Numbered from the stretch's first letter, positions 25,313 through 35,040 are shown. The stretch: DNA of 59,664 nucleotides from Kiritimatiellia bacterium (GCA_016284515.1 JAEEOY010000088.1:1-59664), one strand, 5' to 3'. Translations and numbers: made by a program. The notes: generated from the letters alone by a model not told the origin.

Positions 25313-26839
25313 ATGGAACAGGAAGATAACGCCAAGCTCGACCTCGGTTCGCTCGGGTCGTTCGATTTCACGCCCGACTGGGCGCGGAAAGACGCCGGAG
25401 TGACCGTGGGCAAGGTCCGCCCCGAAAGGGCGGAGGGAGACAGGAAGCCGTTCGGCGACAGGAAGCCGTCCGGCGATCGCAAGCCATTCGGGGAGCGCAA
25501 GCCCTTCGGCGACCGGAGGCAGTTCGGCGACCGGAAGCCCTTCGGCGACCGCAAGGGGTTCGGAGACCGCGGCAGGCCGCGCTTCGCCGAGAAGCCCCAG
25601 CCGCTCGACGCCGAGGTGAAGGTGCTGCCCGAGTCGAAGGCGCTTGGCACGGTCATGCGCAAGCTTCAGGGCGACTGCCACGCGTACAAGCTCAAGGACC
25701 TCGCGTACTTCTTCCTGGACAACCCCGGTTCCGTCCTTCTCAAGATCACGCCGAAGGCGCAGCCCGACAAGCCCGCCGCGGCGTTCTGCCAGTGCAAGGC
25801 GTGCGGCTTCGCGTCCACGAAGGAGGAGGATGTCATCGAGCATGCGCTGTCCGCGCATCTTGCCGACTACTACGACTCGAAGGTGATCGAGGTCGAGCCG
25901 CCCAAGGGCAACTTCAGCTGCGTGGCGAAGTGCGGACTTTCCGGCGTCCTTCTCGGGCCGCCGAACATCCACGAGTTCAACGCGACGGTGCGCGAGATGA
26001 TCCGCACGCGCTACCCCGACATGTCCGAGGAGCAGTACCGCTCGCGCATCGAGATGGTCCGTGACGCGGACGCCATCGAGGAGTGGCGCAAGGGCGCGAC
26101 GAAGAAGACGGTGTTCGTTCCGAAAGGCCAGGCCGAGACCGAGGGTGTCGCGACGATGACGCGTGAGCAGGCCGAGGGCGAGTTCAAGCGCAACGTGCTG
26201 CCTTCTCTCCTCGACAGGCCGAAGAACCTCATGATCACCGCCGAAGTCGCGCTCAAGAGCCCCGTGAAGCCGCTCGTCTGGGCGGTCCGCGACGCGCTGG
26301 AGGCCGAGCGCCGCATTCCCTCGGGCATGTGCTTCGCGCTCCGCGGCGCGCTTCACCACCGCAAGTTCAACTTCTTCCGCGCGAACGACGCGCGCGGACC
26401 CGAGTTCGTCACGAGCGCGGAGCTCAAGGAGTTCGACGCCGCGCACGCGATCCCCGAGCTCGCGTCCGTGGCGAAGTTCATCGCCGAGCATCCGTGCTGC
26501 GACAAGTCGGAGCTTCCGCAGGAGGAGGGCGTGCTGCAGCACCTGCAGTGGCTCGTCTCGACCGGGCACGTCGTCGCGTTCGCCAAGATGGGCGTCTACT
26601 CGGCCGTGGAGAAGTTCCCGAAGTACGGTCCGCAGTGGAAGAAGCGCTCGGCGAAGAAGCCCGAGGCGCCGAAGGGCGAGGCGGAGTCGGCGGGCGAGCC
26701 GCCGGTCCCGCAAGTCCCGCAGGACGCGCCAGTCCCTCCGGCTGAACAGCCCGCGGCCCAGGAGCAGCCCGCCGCACAGGAACCAATCGAAGAAAAGAAA
26801 GAAGAACCTCAGAATGAAGCTTCCACTCAGTTGGCTTAA
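25313..26839 (+). CDS. Hypothetical protein with KPFGDR repeats and a C2H2-type zinc-finger motif
   Basis: Host-like codon usage; CKAC-x12-H-x4-H; overlaps the pheT start by 26 nt. Confidence 0.8.
   Translation: MEQEDNAKLDLGSLGSFDFTPDWARKDAGVTVGKVRPERAEGDRKPFGDRKPSGDRKPFGERKPFGDRRQFGDRKPFGDRKGFGDRGRPRFAEKPQPLDAEVKVLPESKALGTVMRKLQGDCHAYKLKDLAYFFLDNPGSVLLKITPKAQPDKPAAAFCQCKACGFASTKEEDVIEHALSAHLADYYDSKVIEVEPPKGNFSCVAKCGLSGVLLGPPNIHEFNATVREMIRTRYPDMSEEQYRSRIEMVRDADAIEEWRKGATKKTVFVPKGQAETEGVATMTREQAEGEFKRNVLPSLLDRPKNLMITAEVALKSPVKPLVWAVRDALEAERRIPSGMCFALRGALHHRKFNFFRANDARGPEFVTSAELKEFDAAHAIPELASVAKFIAEHPCCDKSELPQEEGVLQHLQWLVSTGHVVAFAKMGVYSAVEKFPKYGPQWKKRSAKKPEAPKGEAESAGEPPVPQVPQDAPVPPAEQPAAQEQPAAQEPIEEKKEEPQNEASTQLA
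25436..25570 (+). repeat. 18-bp coding tandem repeat (GDRKPF, ~7 copies)
   Basis: ggcgacaggaagccgttc-like units with synonymous divergence. Confidence 0.9.
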
Positions 26840-29261
26840 CGAGTACGTCAAGGTTGACGACATCGATCCGAAGGACCTCGCGGAGAAACTCACGCGCGCG
26901 GGCCTTCAGGTCGAGTCCATTGAAACGGTCGGGGGAACTCCGCTCTCCGACCTCATCGTCGTCGCGGAGGTGCTGGAGTGCGAGGCGCATCCGAACAGCG
27001 ACCACCTGCACGTCTGCAAGGTGACGGACGGCAAGGAGACGTTCCAGGTCGTGTGCGGCGCGCCCAACATGCGACTTGGCATCAAGACGGCGTTCGCGAA
27101 GATCGGCGCGGAGATCCCCGAGTTCCTCGACAAGAACGGCAAGCCCGAGAAGATCAAGAAGGGCAAGCTGCGCGGAGTCGAGAGCTTCGGCATGTGCTGC
27201 TCGGAGAAGGAGCTCCACATCGGCGAGGGGAACTCCGGCATCATCGAGTATCCGGCCGAGACCCCGACGGGCGCGCTCGTGCGCGACGTGGCGAAGCTGG
27301 AGAAGCCCGAGGTCGTCTTCGACATCGAGGTGACGTGGAACCGTCCGGACGCGCTTTCGGTCGTCGGACTCGCCCGCGAGTTCGCTGCGATCCTGCACCG
27401 TCCGCTGACTCTCCCGCCCGTCGACTTCGAGGAGTGCGGAGTAGACGTGAACGACGAGGTCAAGGTCGTCGTTGAGGACAAGGAGAAGTGCCTCAGGTAC
27501 ACCGCGCGCGTCGTCACCGAGATGACGCCCGACGCGCCGTCTCCCGCGGTGATGGCGAAGAGGCTGGAGCTCTGCGGCGTCCGTTCGCTCGGACTCGCCG
27601 TCGACGTCACGAACTACGTGATGCTCGAGCTCGGGCAGCCTATGCACGCCTTCGACCACCGCACGCTCAAGGACCGCACGATCGTCGTGAGGGACGCGCG
27701 CGAGGGCGAGACGATGAAGACGCTCGACGGCGTCGAGAGGAAGCTCGACCCTTCGATGCTCATGATCTGCGACGCCGAGAGACCGAACGCGGTCGCCGGC
27801 ATCATGGGCGGAGAGGATTCCGGAATCGCCCCCGGCACGACGTCCGTCCTCCTCGAGAGCGCTCTCTTCGAGCCGACTTCGACGAAGTTCACCGCTACGA
27901 AGCTCGGACTCGCGAGCGAGTCGTCGTACCGCTACATCCGCGGAGTCGACAAGGATCTCGCGGACTTCGCGTCGCGCCGCGCTGCGCATCTCCTGCAGAA
28001 GTACGGCAACGCGAAGATCGCGAAGGGGATCGTCGACGTCGACAGCCGCGCGAAGCCGCTGAACGCCGACGTGACGCTCGACTTCGAGCGCGCGCGCAGG
28101 CTCATCGGAATCCCCGTCGGAAACGACGCGATGGTGTTCATTCTCCGCGGGCTCGGACTCGTCCCGCGCAAGGACGGCTGCCTGTACGCCGCCGAGAAGT
28201 CCGTCGCCTTCGGAATCCCCTCCTGGCGCTGGGACCTCCTCGAGGAGGCCGATCTCGTGGAGGAGATCGCGAGGCTCTACGGACTCGACAACATCCCCGA
28301 CACGATGCCGTCCGCACCGTCCGTCTCGCCGCTTTCCGACGCGCCGTTCCGCGCGAAGGCGAGGGTGCGCGAGCTGTGCCTTGCGCTCGGCTTCACCGAG
28401 GCGATGCACTACTCGTTCCTCTCGAAGAAGGAGCTCGACGACTTCGACACGCGCGCTGCGGACCGCAGGCTCGTCATCCCCGACCCCGTCTCGGCGGAGT
28501 ACGGAGTGATGCGCGACTCGCTTCTTCCGCAGATGATGGGCTCGCTCGGACGCAACGCCTCGCACCAGCTCGAGACGGCGATGCTCTTTGAAATCGGCAA
28601 GGTGTTCGGCGTCGCGAAGACTCCGAAGGGCGACGTCCCGTGCGAGAAGGAGACCCTCTCGCTCGGCTTCGTCGGACCGGTCGGACGCGAGGCGCTCAGG
28701 ACGCGCGCGCCGCTCTCCGAGGAGGAGGCGGTGCTGTGGATGAAGGGCGCCGTGGAGGAACTCGTCGCGCGGCTGCACGCAGGGAAGCTCGAGTTCGAGG
28801 CGGCGGACCATCCGGCGTTCGCGAAGGGCGCCGCGCTAGCGGTGAAGCTCAACGGACGCCAGATCGGCGTCATGGGCGCGCTCTCGGCGAAGATGCGGCA
28901 TCCGTACCGCCTCACGACGCAGATGGCGCTCTGCGAGATGGACCTGAAGCCGCTCCTCAAGCGCGTGAACGAGCTCGGACGCGTCTCGCCCGTGCCGCAG
29001 TTCCCGCTCGTGAGGCGCGACATCGCGATCGTCGCCGCGAAGTCGGTGTCGAACGCCGCCGTTGAGGATGTCATCCGCAGAAACGGCGGAAAGGACCTCA
29101 TCAAGGTGACCCTATTCGACGTCTTCAAGGACTCGCGCGCCTACTCGCTCGAGTTCAGGTCGGCGGAGAGGACGCTTACCGACGAAGAGGTGGGCAAGGA
29201 CTTCCAGCGGATCGTCGACGCCCTCAAGGCGACCGCCGGCATCGAGGTGAGGGAAAGTTGA
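26814..29261 (+). CDS. pheT: Phenylalanine--tRNA ligase beta subunit
   Basis: MKLPLSWLNEY, HPNSDHLHVC, VVCGAPN, GKLRGVESFGMCCSEKEL, VTWNRPDALSVVGLARE, ELGQPMHAFD, EEADLVEEIARLYG, RTLTDEE. Confidence 0.98.
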   Translation: MKLPLSWLNEYVKVDDIDPKDLAEKLTRAGLQVESIETVGGTPLSDLIVVAEVLECEAHPNSDHLHVCKVTDGKETFQVVCGAPNMRLGIKTAFAKIGAEIPEFLDKNGKPEKIKKGKLRGVESFGMCCSEKELHIGEGNSGIIEYPAETPTGALVRDVAKLEKPEVVFDIEVTWNRPDALSVVGLAREFAAILHRPLTLPPVDFEECGVDVNDEVKVVVEDKEKCLRYTARVVTEMTPDAPSPAVMAKRLELCGVRSLGLAVDVTNYVMLELGQPMHAFDHRTLKDRTIVVRDAREGETMKTLDGVERKLDPSMLMICDAERPNAVAGIMGGEDSGIAPGTTSVLLESALFEPTSTKFTATKLGLASESSYRYIRGVDKDLADFASRRAAHLLQKYGNAKIAKGIVDVDSRAKPLNADVTLDFERARRLIGIPVGNDAMVFILRGLGLVPRKDGCLYAAEKSVAFGIPSWRWDLLEEADLVEEIARLYGLDNIPDTMPSAPSVSPLSDAPFRAKARVRELCLALGFTEAMHYSFLSKKELDDFDTRAADRRLVIPDPVSAEYGVMRDSLLPQMMGSLGRNASHQLETAMLFEIGKVFGVAKTPKGDVPCEKETLSLGFVGPVGREALRTRAPLSEEEAVLWMKGAVEELVARLHAGKLEFEAADHPAFAKGAALAVKLNGRQIGVMGALSAKMRHPYRLTTQMALCEMDLKPLLKRVNELGRVSPVPQFPLVRRDIAIVAAKSVSNAAVEDVIRRNGGKDLIKVTLFDVFKDSRAYSLEFRSAERTLTDEEVGKDFQRIVDALKATAGIEVRES

Positions 29262-29274
29262 TTTTCTAGGACGT

Positions 29275-29394
29275 GGGTCCTGGGTTGCACGCGGATTCAG
29301 CAGAAATTTCTTCGACCGACATTTTTAAAAGGGGGCAACCCCTACTAGGAACGACGGGTTCCGGGGATTCTGTGCTACGGCAACGTGGGATCTT
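29275..29394 (+). ncRNA. ssrS: Putative 6S RNA, unusually compact (~120 nt)
   Basis: Directly downstream of pheT; ends pair (GGGTCCT/GGGATCT, GTTGC/GCAAC, GCAC/GTGC); TTCTTCGACC...TTTTAAAAGGG and ACGGCA resemble 6S conserved segments; GGGG-GCAA-CCCC apical hairpin. Confidence 0.62.
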
Positions 29395-29459
29395 TTAAAT
29401 TGCAAAGTAGTAGAATGTGAAGAGTAAAACATCGAAGCTTAAAAGGGGATGAAAACGGT

Positions 29460-30320
29460 ATGATGGCAAGATGTAGAATGGTATTGCTGGCAGCGGCGCT
29501 GGCAGCCTGCGCCGCCGGGGCGGCGGAGGTCAGGCGTTCGTTCGAGGCGGTGCCGAAGCAGGCGCTCGTCGAGCTCAAGGCCACGGTCGGACGGCCGTTC
29601 TCGTCCGGCCTCGTCTTTCTGGACGGCAAGTTCATTCCGCCTCCCTACAAGGTGGAGCGCTATGGCACGGCGCTTCGCATCAACGGGCAGCAGGTGACCG
29701 GGCAGATCATCCCGTGGGACGATTTCCTCAAGACGCAGGCAGGCGTGCGCGTGGAGCGCGTCGAAACTCCGGCGTCTGAGACTCCCGCCGTGGTTGAGGA
29801 GGAGGCTCCTGCCGAGACCTCCTATTCCGACGACCTTTCCGACGACTTCGACGATCTCTTCGACGACAACCCCAAGCCAAAGAAGAAGACGTCGCGTCCC
29901 GCGGCGCGCAAGCCCGCCGCGCCGCCTCCGCCGGCTGCGAAGGTCATATTCGACGGTGAGTTCAAGCCGAACACTAAGTCGAAGGCCATGGTGGCGAAAC
30001 TCAACAAGATACGTACAGACCTGGAGGTCTTTCTCCGCAAGGGGGGTGCGTGCTTCTTCGGGACGCGATACACCACCGTCACTGCGGACCGTGCGCCTGC
30101 GGACATGTTCCTTGAGGCGATTCCGCGGGTCATGAAGGACAGCACGACGTTCGAGGTGTTCTCCTCGGCAGCTCGCTCGAGAGGCATATCGTACCTCTCC
30201 GAGCCGGTGTTGCGCGACCTCTTCCGCAACAGGCTCGACTACATCAAGCTGCAGGAGCGCGCCAAAGCCGTCAAGGACGAGCGCAAATGGGAAGCGATGC
30301 TGAACAAGACCGGACAGTGA
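29460..30320 (+). CDS. Hypothetical secreted protein
   Basis: Signal peptide; host-like codon usage; acidic/Pro-rich linker. Confidence 0.75.
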   Translation: MMARCRMVLLAAALAACAAGAAEVRRSFEAVPKQALVELKATVGRPFSSGLVFLDGKFIPPPYKVERYGTALRINGQQVTGQIIPWDDFLKTQAGVRVERVETPASETPAVVEEEAPAETSYSDDLSDDFDDLFDDNPKPKKKTSRPAARKPAAPPPPAAKVIFDGEFKPNTKSKAMVAKLNKIRTDLEVFLRKGGACFFGTRYTTVTADRAPADMFLEAIPRVMKDSTTFEVFSSAARSRGISYLSEPVLRDLFRNRLDYIKLQERAKAVKDERKWEAMLNKTGQ

Positions 30321-31357
30321 CGGTCCTCATACCGGCGTACAATCCGGATGAAAAGCTGCTGGCGCTCCTTCCGAAGCTGAAGGAGCGCTTTTCGCGCATC
30401 GTCATAGTCGACGACGGGTCCGTCAAAGGGCGCGAGATATTCCCGCAGGCGGAGAAGTACGTCGAGAAGATACTTGTCCACGAGAGGAACCGCGGAAAGG
30501 GCGCCGCGCTAAAGACAGGCTTCGCGTATCTCGGCGACTCGACGGACGTCATAACGGCGGATTCGGACGGGCAGCACACGCCCGAAGACATCGCGAAGGT
30601 CGCGGAGGGGCTTAGGAGCCACCGCGACGGACTCGTCCTCGGCGTGCGCTCGTTCTCCGGCAAGGTCCCGCTGAGGAGCCGCTTCGGGAACTGGTGGACG
30701 CGCTGGTTCTTCTTCCTGATGACGGGGCTGATGATCCGCGACACGCAGACCGGGCTCCGCGGAATCCCCGCGGCGCTTCTGCCGCGCGTCGCCGGCATAC
30801 CAGGAGACAGGTACGAGTACGAGATGGCGATGCTCGCGGACGCGAAGAACCATCCGTCGCGCCCGCTGCAGATCCCGATCGAGACGGTCTACATCGACTC
30901 CAACGCGACGAGCCACTTCAATCCGCTCCTCGACACGATAAGGATATACCGCTCGCTCTTCCAGTTCTGCATATCGTCCGTGCTGTCGTTCCTCATCGAC
31001 AACGGAATCTTCGCCGCCGTTATGTGGGTGCTTACGGCGAAGGACACTCCGCGCCGGGACGACGTCCTGATTGCGCTCGTGGCGGCCAGGTTCGTCTCGT
31101 CGCACTTCAACTACTTCTACAACCGCTTCGTCGTGTTTCGTCGGGAGCGCGCGACGCCGCACCGGCGCCACCGCAGCTACTACGGCTACATCGCGCTCGT
31201 CCTTGCCGTCGGCGCGGCGAGCTATGCCCTCACCGAGGGCTGCGCGGCGCTGCTCGACGTCCGGGGCGTGGCCGTGACGGTGGTGAAGATCGCCGCCGAC
31301 ATCGCGCTCTTCGTCGCGAGCTACCTCGTCCAGAAGAAGCTCATCTTCCGCAGGTGA
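30287..31357 (+). CDS. Glycosyltransferase family 2 fused to a GtrA-like membrane domain
   Basis: LIPAYNP, IVDDGS, NRGKGAALKTG, TADSDGQH, DTQTGLRG; C-terminal FLID, ARFVSSHFNY TM region. Confidence 0.92.
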   Translation: MGSDAEQDRTVTVLIPAYNPDEKLLALLPKLKERFSRIVIVDDGSVKGREIFPQAEKYVEKILVHERNRGKGAALKTGFAYLGDSTDVITADSDGQHTPEDIAKVAEGLRSHRDGLVLGVRSFSGKVPLRSRFGNWWTRWFFFLMTGLMIRDTQTGLRGIPAALLPRVAGIPGDRYEYEMAMLADAKNHPSRPLQIPIETVYIDSNATSHFNPLLDTIRIYRSLFQFCISSVLSFLIDNGIFAAVMWVLTAKDTPRRDDVLIALVAARFVSSHFNYFYNRFVVFRRERATPHRRHRSYYGYIALVLAVGAASYALTEGCAALLDVRGVAVTVVKIAADIALFVASYLVQKKLIFRR

Positions 31358-31412
31358 CCTGCCGCTTCTGCGAATTGCGCAGGGCGGCGGCAATATGGTA
31401 AAATACCATCCT

Positions 31413-32066
31413 ATGAAAAGGATAGGGATTATCGGCGCGGGGCGGTTCGGAATGAGCCTCGCGGAGACGCTCGCCAACGGCGGGGCGGAAGTTGTGCTCA
31501 TCGACAGGAACAGGCCCGCGATGCAGAGTGCGTCGGAGTACGCGACGGCACTTCAGGGCGACGCGACGCAGCAGCATGTGCTGGCGGAGGCGGGCTTCGC
31601 CGAATGCGACGTCGTCGTGGTGGCGATAGGCTCCAACATCGAGGCGTCCATGATGGCGACGGCGAACTGCAAGGAGCTCGGCGTCCCGCGCGTCGTCTCG
31701 AAGGCGACGAGCGAACTCCACGGAAAGATCTTGAGGCGCATCGGGGCGGACAGCGTGGTGTATCCGGACCGCGACAGCGCGCACCGCCTCGCCCGCGCCA
31801 TCGCGAACCACGACGTGGTCGACTTCCTCGAAGTCGCAGAAGGGTACTCCATCGCGGAGATCGATGTTCCGGACGCCGCGCGCGGCAAGACGCTCGCCGA
31901 GGCGGACCTCAGGAAGAAGACTGGACTCACGGTTCTCTGCATCCGCCGCGGAGACGATTCCGGGCACGGCCGCACGGTGATCATTCCGCAGCCCTCCGAC
32001 AAGCTCGAGAATGAGGACAAGCTCGTCGTGTTCGGCGAGACAAAGCAGATCGACGCGCTGTCGTGA
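31413..32066 (+). CDS. TrkA/KtrA family potassium-uptake regulatory subunit
   Basis: IIGAGRFG, GDAT, VVVAIG, KIGAD-like RIGADSVVYPD, C-terminal TrkA_C. Confidence 0.92.
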   Translation: MKRIGIIGAGRFGMSLAETLANGGAEVVLIDRNRPAMQSASEYATALQGDATQQHVLAEAGFAECDVVVVAIGSNIEASMMATANCKELGVPRVVSKATSELHGKILRRIGADSVVYPDRDSAHRLARAIANHDVVDFLEVAEGYSIAEIDVPDAARGKTLAEADLRKKTGLTVLCIRRGDDSGHGRTVIIPQPSDKLENEDKLVVFGETKQIDALS

Positions 32067-33346
32067 GCAAATTCGTAATACAGGGCGGGAAGACCATCTC
32101 GGGTACGCACCGCGTCTCCGGCAACAAGAACGCGGCGCTGCCGATGATCGCGGCGTCGCTTCTCTCCGCAGAGCCTGTGACGCTAAGGAACGTGCCGGAC
32201 ATAGCGGACGTCGCCGCGATGCTGGAGGCGGCGAAGACGTTCGGCGCGAAGGTGTCGCGCGACGCGAAGGAGGGGACGGTCGTCCTCTCGACGCCGAAGG
32301 TCAAGACCGCCAAGATCGACTCGGCGCTCGCCGCGAAGATAAGGACGAGCTTCCTGTTCGCGGGGCCGCTCCTCGCGCGCGTGGGACGCGCCTCGCTGCC
32401 TCCGCCGGGCGGCGACCAGATCGGGCACCGCAGGCTCGACACGCATTTCGCGGGATTCCGCGCGCTCGGCGCGAAGGCCGTGGCGGGACGCAAGACGCTG
32501 CGCTTCAGCGGAGAGCTCAAGGGCGCGCGCATTCTCCTCGACGAGGCGTCTGTCACCGCGACGGAGAACGTCCTGATGGCGTCCGTCACGGCCCGTGGCA
32601 GGACAGTCATATTCAACGCGGCGTGCGAGCCGCACATCGTCGACCTCGCCAACATGCTCAACGCCATGGGCGCGAAGGTGTCCGGCGCGGGCACGAACCG
32701 CATCGAGGTTGAGGGGGTCGAGTCGCTGCACGGATGCGACGCGTCCGTCGGATGCGACTACATCGAGGCCGGGAGCTACATCGTCGCGGCAGCGGTCACG
32801 GGTGGCGAACTCACGCTCACGGGAATCGACCCCGAGCCTTTCGAGGTGCTCGCAGGCGCGTTTGCGCGCTTCGGGGTGACGTGGACGGTCAGCGCGCGCG
32901 AGCGGACGCTCACGTTCGTGCCGAAGCGCAGGCTCAAGATGAAGTACGACCTGGGCGACGCGATCCCGTCCGTTTCCGACGGCACATGGCCTGCGTTTCC
33001 GTCGGACCTCATGTCGATCCTCATCGTCCTTGCGACGCAGACGAGGGGAACTTGCCTTTTCTTCGAGAAGATGTTCGAGTCCCGTCTCTACTTCGTCGAC
33101 CACCTACGCCAGATGGGCGCGAAGATCGTGCAGTGCGATCCGCACCGCGTCGTGGTGACTGGTCCGTCCCAGCTCTACGGCGGAACGGTCACCTCGCCCG
33201 ACATACGCGCCGGCATCGCGCTCGTCATCGCCGCGCTCGTCGCGAAGGGCGAGTCGACGATCCTCGGCGCGGAGACGGTTGACCGCGGCTACGTCTCGGT
33301 CGAGACGGAGCTCTCGCGCCTCGGCGCGGGAATCGTGCGGAAGTAG
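32063..33346 (+). CDS. murA: UDP-N-acetylglucosamine 1-carboxyvinyltransferase (Asp at the catalytic Cys position)
   Basis: SGNKNAALP, PGGDQIGHRRLDTH, SVTATEN, EPHIVDL, DYIEAGS, FPSDL, FESRL, DIRAG, DRGY. Confidence 0.96.
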   Translation: MSKFVIQGGKTISGTHRVSGNKNAALPMIAASLLSAEPVTLRNVPDIADVAAMLEAAKTFGAKVSRDAKEGTVVLSTPKVKTAKIDSALAAKIRTSFLFAGPLLARVGRASLPPPGGDQIGHRRLDTHFAGFRALGAKAVAGRKTLRFSGELKGARILLDEASVTATENVLMASVTARGRTVIFNAACEPHIVDLANMLNAMGAKVSGAGTNRIEVEGVESLHGCDASVGCDYIEAGSYIVAAAVTGGELTLTGIDPEPFEVLAGAFARFGVTWTVSARERTLTFVPKRRLKMKYDLGDAIPSVSDGTWPAFPSDLMSILIVLATQTRGTCLFFEKMFESRLYFVDHLRQMGAKIVQCDPHRVVVTGPSQLYGGTVTSPDIRAGIALVIAALVAKGESTILGAETVDRGYVSVETELSRLGAGIVRK

Positions 33347-33373
33347 CGGCTGTCTTCGCGCCGGAACGGATTA

Positions 33374-33382
33374 TGCTATAAT
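33374..33382 (+). promoter_or_regulatory. Extended -10 promoter (TGCTATAAT) of galE
   Basis: Consensus match upstream of RBS AGGAAAGGA and ATG 33411. Confidence 0.65.
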
Positions 33383-33410
33383 ATACGAAACAGGAAAGGA
33401 AATACCAGCA

Positions 33411-34448
33411 ATGAAGATCCTAGTCACCGGCGGAGCCGGGTACATCGGCAGCCATACCGTCGTCGAACTACTCAACGCGGGCCACGACGTCGTAGTCGTC
33501 GACAATCTGTGCAACAGCTCGAAGAAGTCGCTCGCCCGCGTCAAGAAGATCACGGGGAAGGACGTGAAGTTCTACAAGGTGGACATCCGCGACGAGAAGA
33601 AGCTGAACGCGCTGCTGGACAAGGAGGCGCCCTTCGGCGCGACGATCCACTTCGCCGCCCTCAAGGCCGTCGGCGAGTCGACGAGGATTCCGCTCAAGTA
33701 CTACAACAACAACCTCGGCGGAACCTTCACGCTCCTCAAGTGCCTCGGCGACCACGGATGCAAGAACATCGTCTTCTCCAGTTCCGCCACGGTGTACGGC
33801 GACCCCAAGAGCGTGCCGATCCGCGAGGATTTCCCCACGCCTGGCTGCACGAACGCCTACGGATGGACCAAGCTCATGATGGAGCAGGTGTTCAAGGACG
33901 TCCAGAAGGCGGATCCCGAGTGGAACGTCATCCTGCTGAGGTACTTCAACCCGATCGGCGCGCACAAGTCGGGCCTCATCGGAGAGGACCCCGCGGGCAT
34001 TCCGAACAACCTCCTGCCGTTCGTGGCGCAGGTCGCCGTCGGACGCCGCCCCGAGCTCAGCGTCTTCGGCAACGACTATCCGACGCCCGACGGAACTGGC
34101 GTGCGCGACTACATCCACGTCGTCGACCTCGCCATCGGACACCTCAAGGCCATAGAGAAGATCGAGAAGAATCCGAAACTCGGACTCAAGGTCTACAACC
34201 TCGGCACGGGACACGGCTATTCCGTCCTCCAGATCGTCAAGGCGTTCGAGAAGGCGTCCGGAAGGCCCGTTCCCTACAAGATCTGCCCGCGTCGCCCCGG
34301 CGACATCGCGGAGTGCTGGGCCGATCCCGCGCTCGCCGCGAAGGACCTCGGATGGAAGGCCGAACGCGGCATTGACGAGATGTGCGAAGACGCCTGGCGC
34401 TGGCAGAGCAAGAATCCGTACGGATACGAGAAGTCGAAGAATGACTAG
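33411..34448 (+). CDS. galE: UDP-glucose 4-epimerase
   Basis: LVTGGAGYIGSHT, HFAALKAVGES, FSSSATVYG, YGWTK, LRYFNPIGAH, PNNLLP, DGTGVRDYIHV. Confidence 0.97.
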   Translation: MKILVTGGAGYIGSHTVVELLNAGHDVVVVDNLCNSSKKSLARVKKITGKDVKFYKVDIRDEKKLNALLDKEAPFGATIHFAALKAVGESTRIPLKYYNNNLGGTFTLLKCLGDHGCKNIVFSSSATVYGDPKSVPIREDFPTPGCTNAYGWTKLMMEQVFKDVQKADPEWNVILLRYFNPIGAHKSGLIGEDPAGIPNNLLPFVAQVAVGRRPELSVFGNDYPTPDGTGVRDYIHVVDLAIGHLKAIEKIEKNPKLGLKVYNLGTGHGYSVLQIVKAFEKASGRPVPYKICPRRPGDIAECWADPALAAKDLGWKAERGIDEMCEDAWRWQSKNPYGYEKSKND

Positions 34449-34477
34449 GTAGTTAGGTGGTTGGGTGGTTTCGGTGG
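34446..34477 (+). repeat. 8-mer repeat starting at the galE stop codon
   Basis: taggtagt taggtggt tgggtggt ttcggtgg. Confidence 0.65.
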
Positions 34478-35040
34478 AATATGTCTTGGACGGTTTGGAG
34501 GCCGAGCTCGAGCTTGAACGCGAGCTCGGCGTCCGAGTTGTCGAGATTGACCGCGCACTGCTAAGCCCCTCGCCAGCCGCGGCGGCAGTCAGGGCTGGCG
34601 TTCCACCGCCAGCCGCGGACATTCGCCAGCCGGCCACCGCCCCCGAACCGCCACCCGCCAACCACGCCCCACTCTCCACATCCCTCGACTTCGTGTTCCT
34701 GCACGACAGGCCGCTGTCGCCGGGCGGAATCGAGATGATGGCGAAGATAGTGACGGCGATGAAGAAGACGCCCGAAACCGCGCCGATCATCTTCACGGGG
34801 GAGCGTCCAGAGGCGAAGGCGTACGTGCTGCTGGGCTCGGGCGCGCTTCGCAAGTGGCTTCCTGGCGCGAGAGGCGCGCCGGGGGAGTGGGTTAAGGACT
34901 CGGAAGGGAACAGCTATCTCGTCACCTATTCGCCCGAGTTCATCCTCCGCATGGGTCCGGTGACGCCGGCAGTCAAGGAGATCAAGATGAAGATGTGGAC
35001 TTCCCTAAAAGGCGTCATGCAGAGAGTCGTTAGTCGTTAG
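34465..35040 (+). CDS. Degenerate uracil-DNA glycosylase-like protein
   Basis: C-terminal YVLLGSGA, GEW, TYSPEFILR, KMWTSLK resemble family-4 UDG motifs; no Cys cluster or GEAPG motif. Confidence 0.5.
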   Translation: MVSVEYVLDGLEAELELERELGVRVVEIDRALLSPSPAAAAVRAGVPPPAADIRQPATAPEPPPANHAPLSTSLDFVFLHDRPLSPGGIEMMAKIVTAMKKTPETAPIIFTGERPEAKAYVLLGSGALRKWLPGARGAPGEWVKDSEGNSYLVTYSPEFILRMGPVTPAVKEIKMKMWTSLKGVMQRVVSR

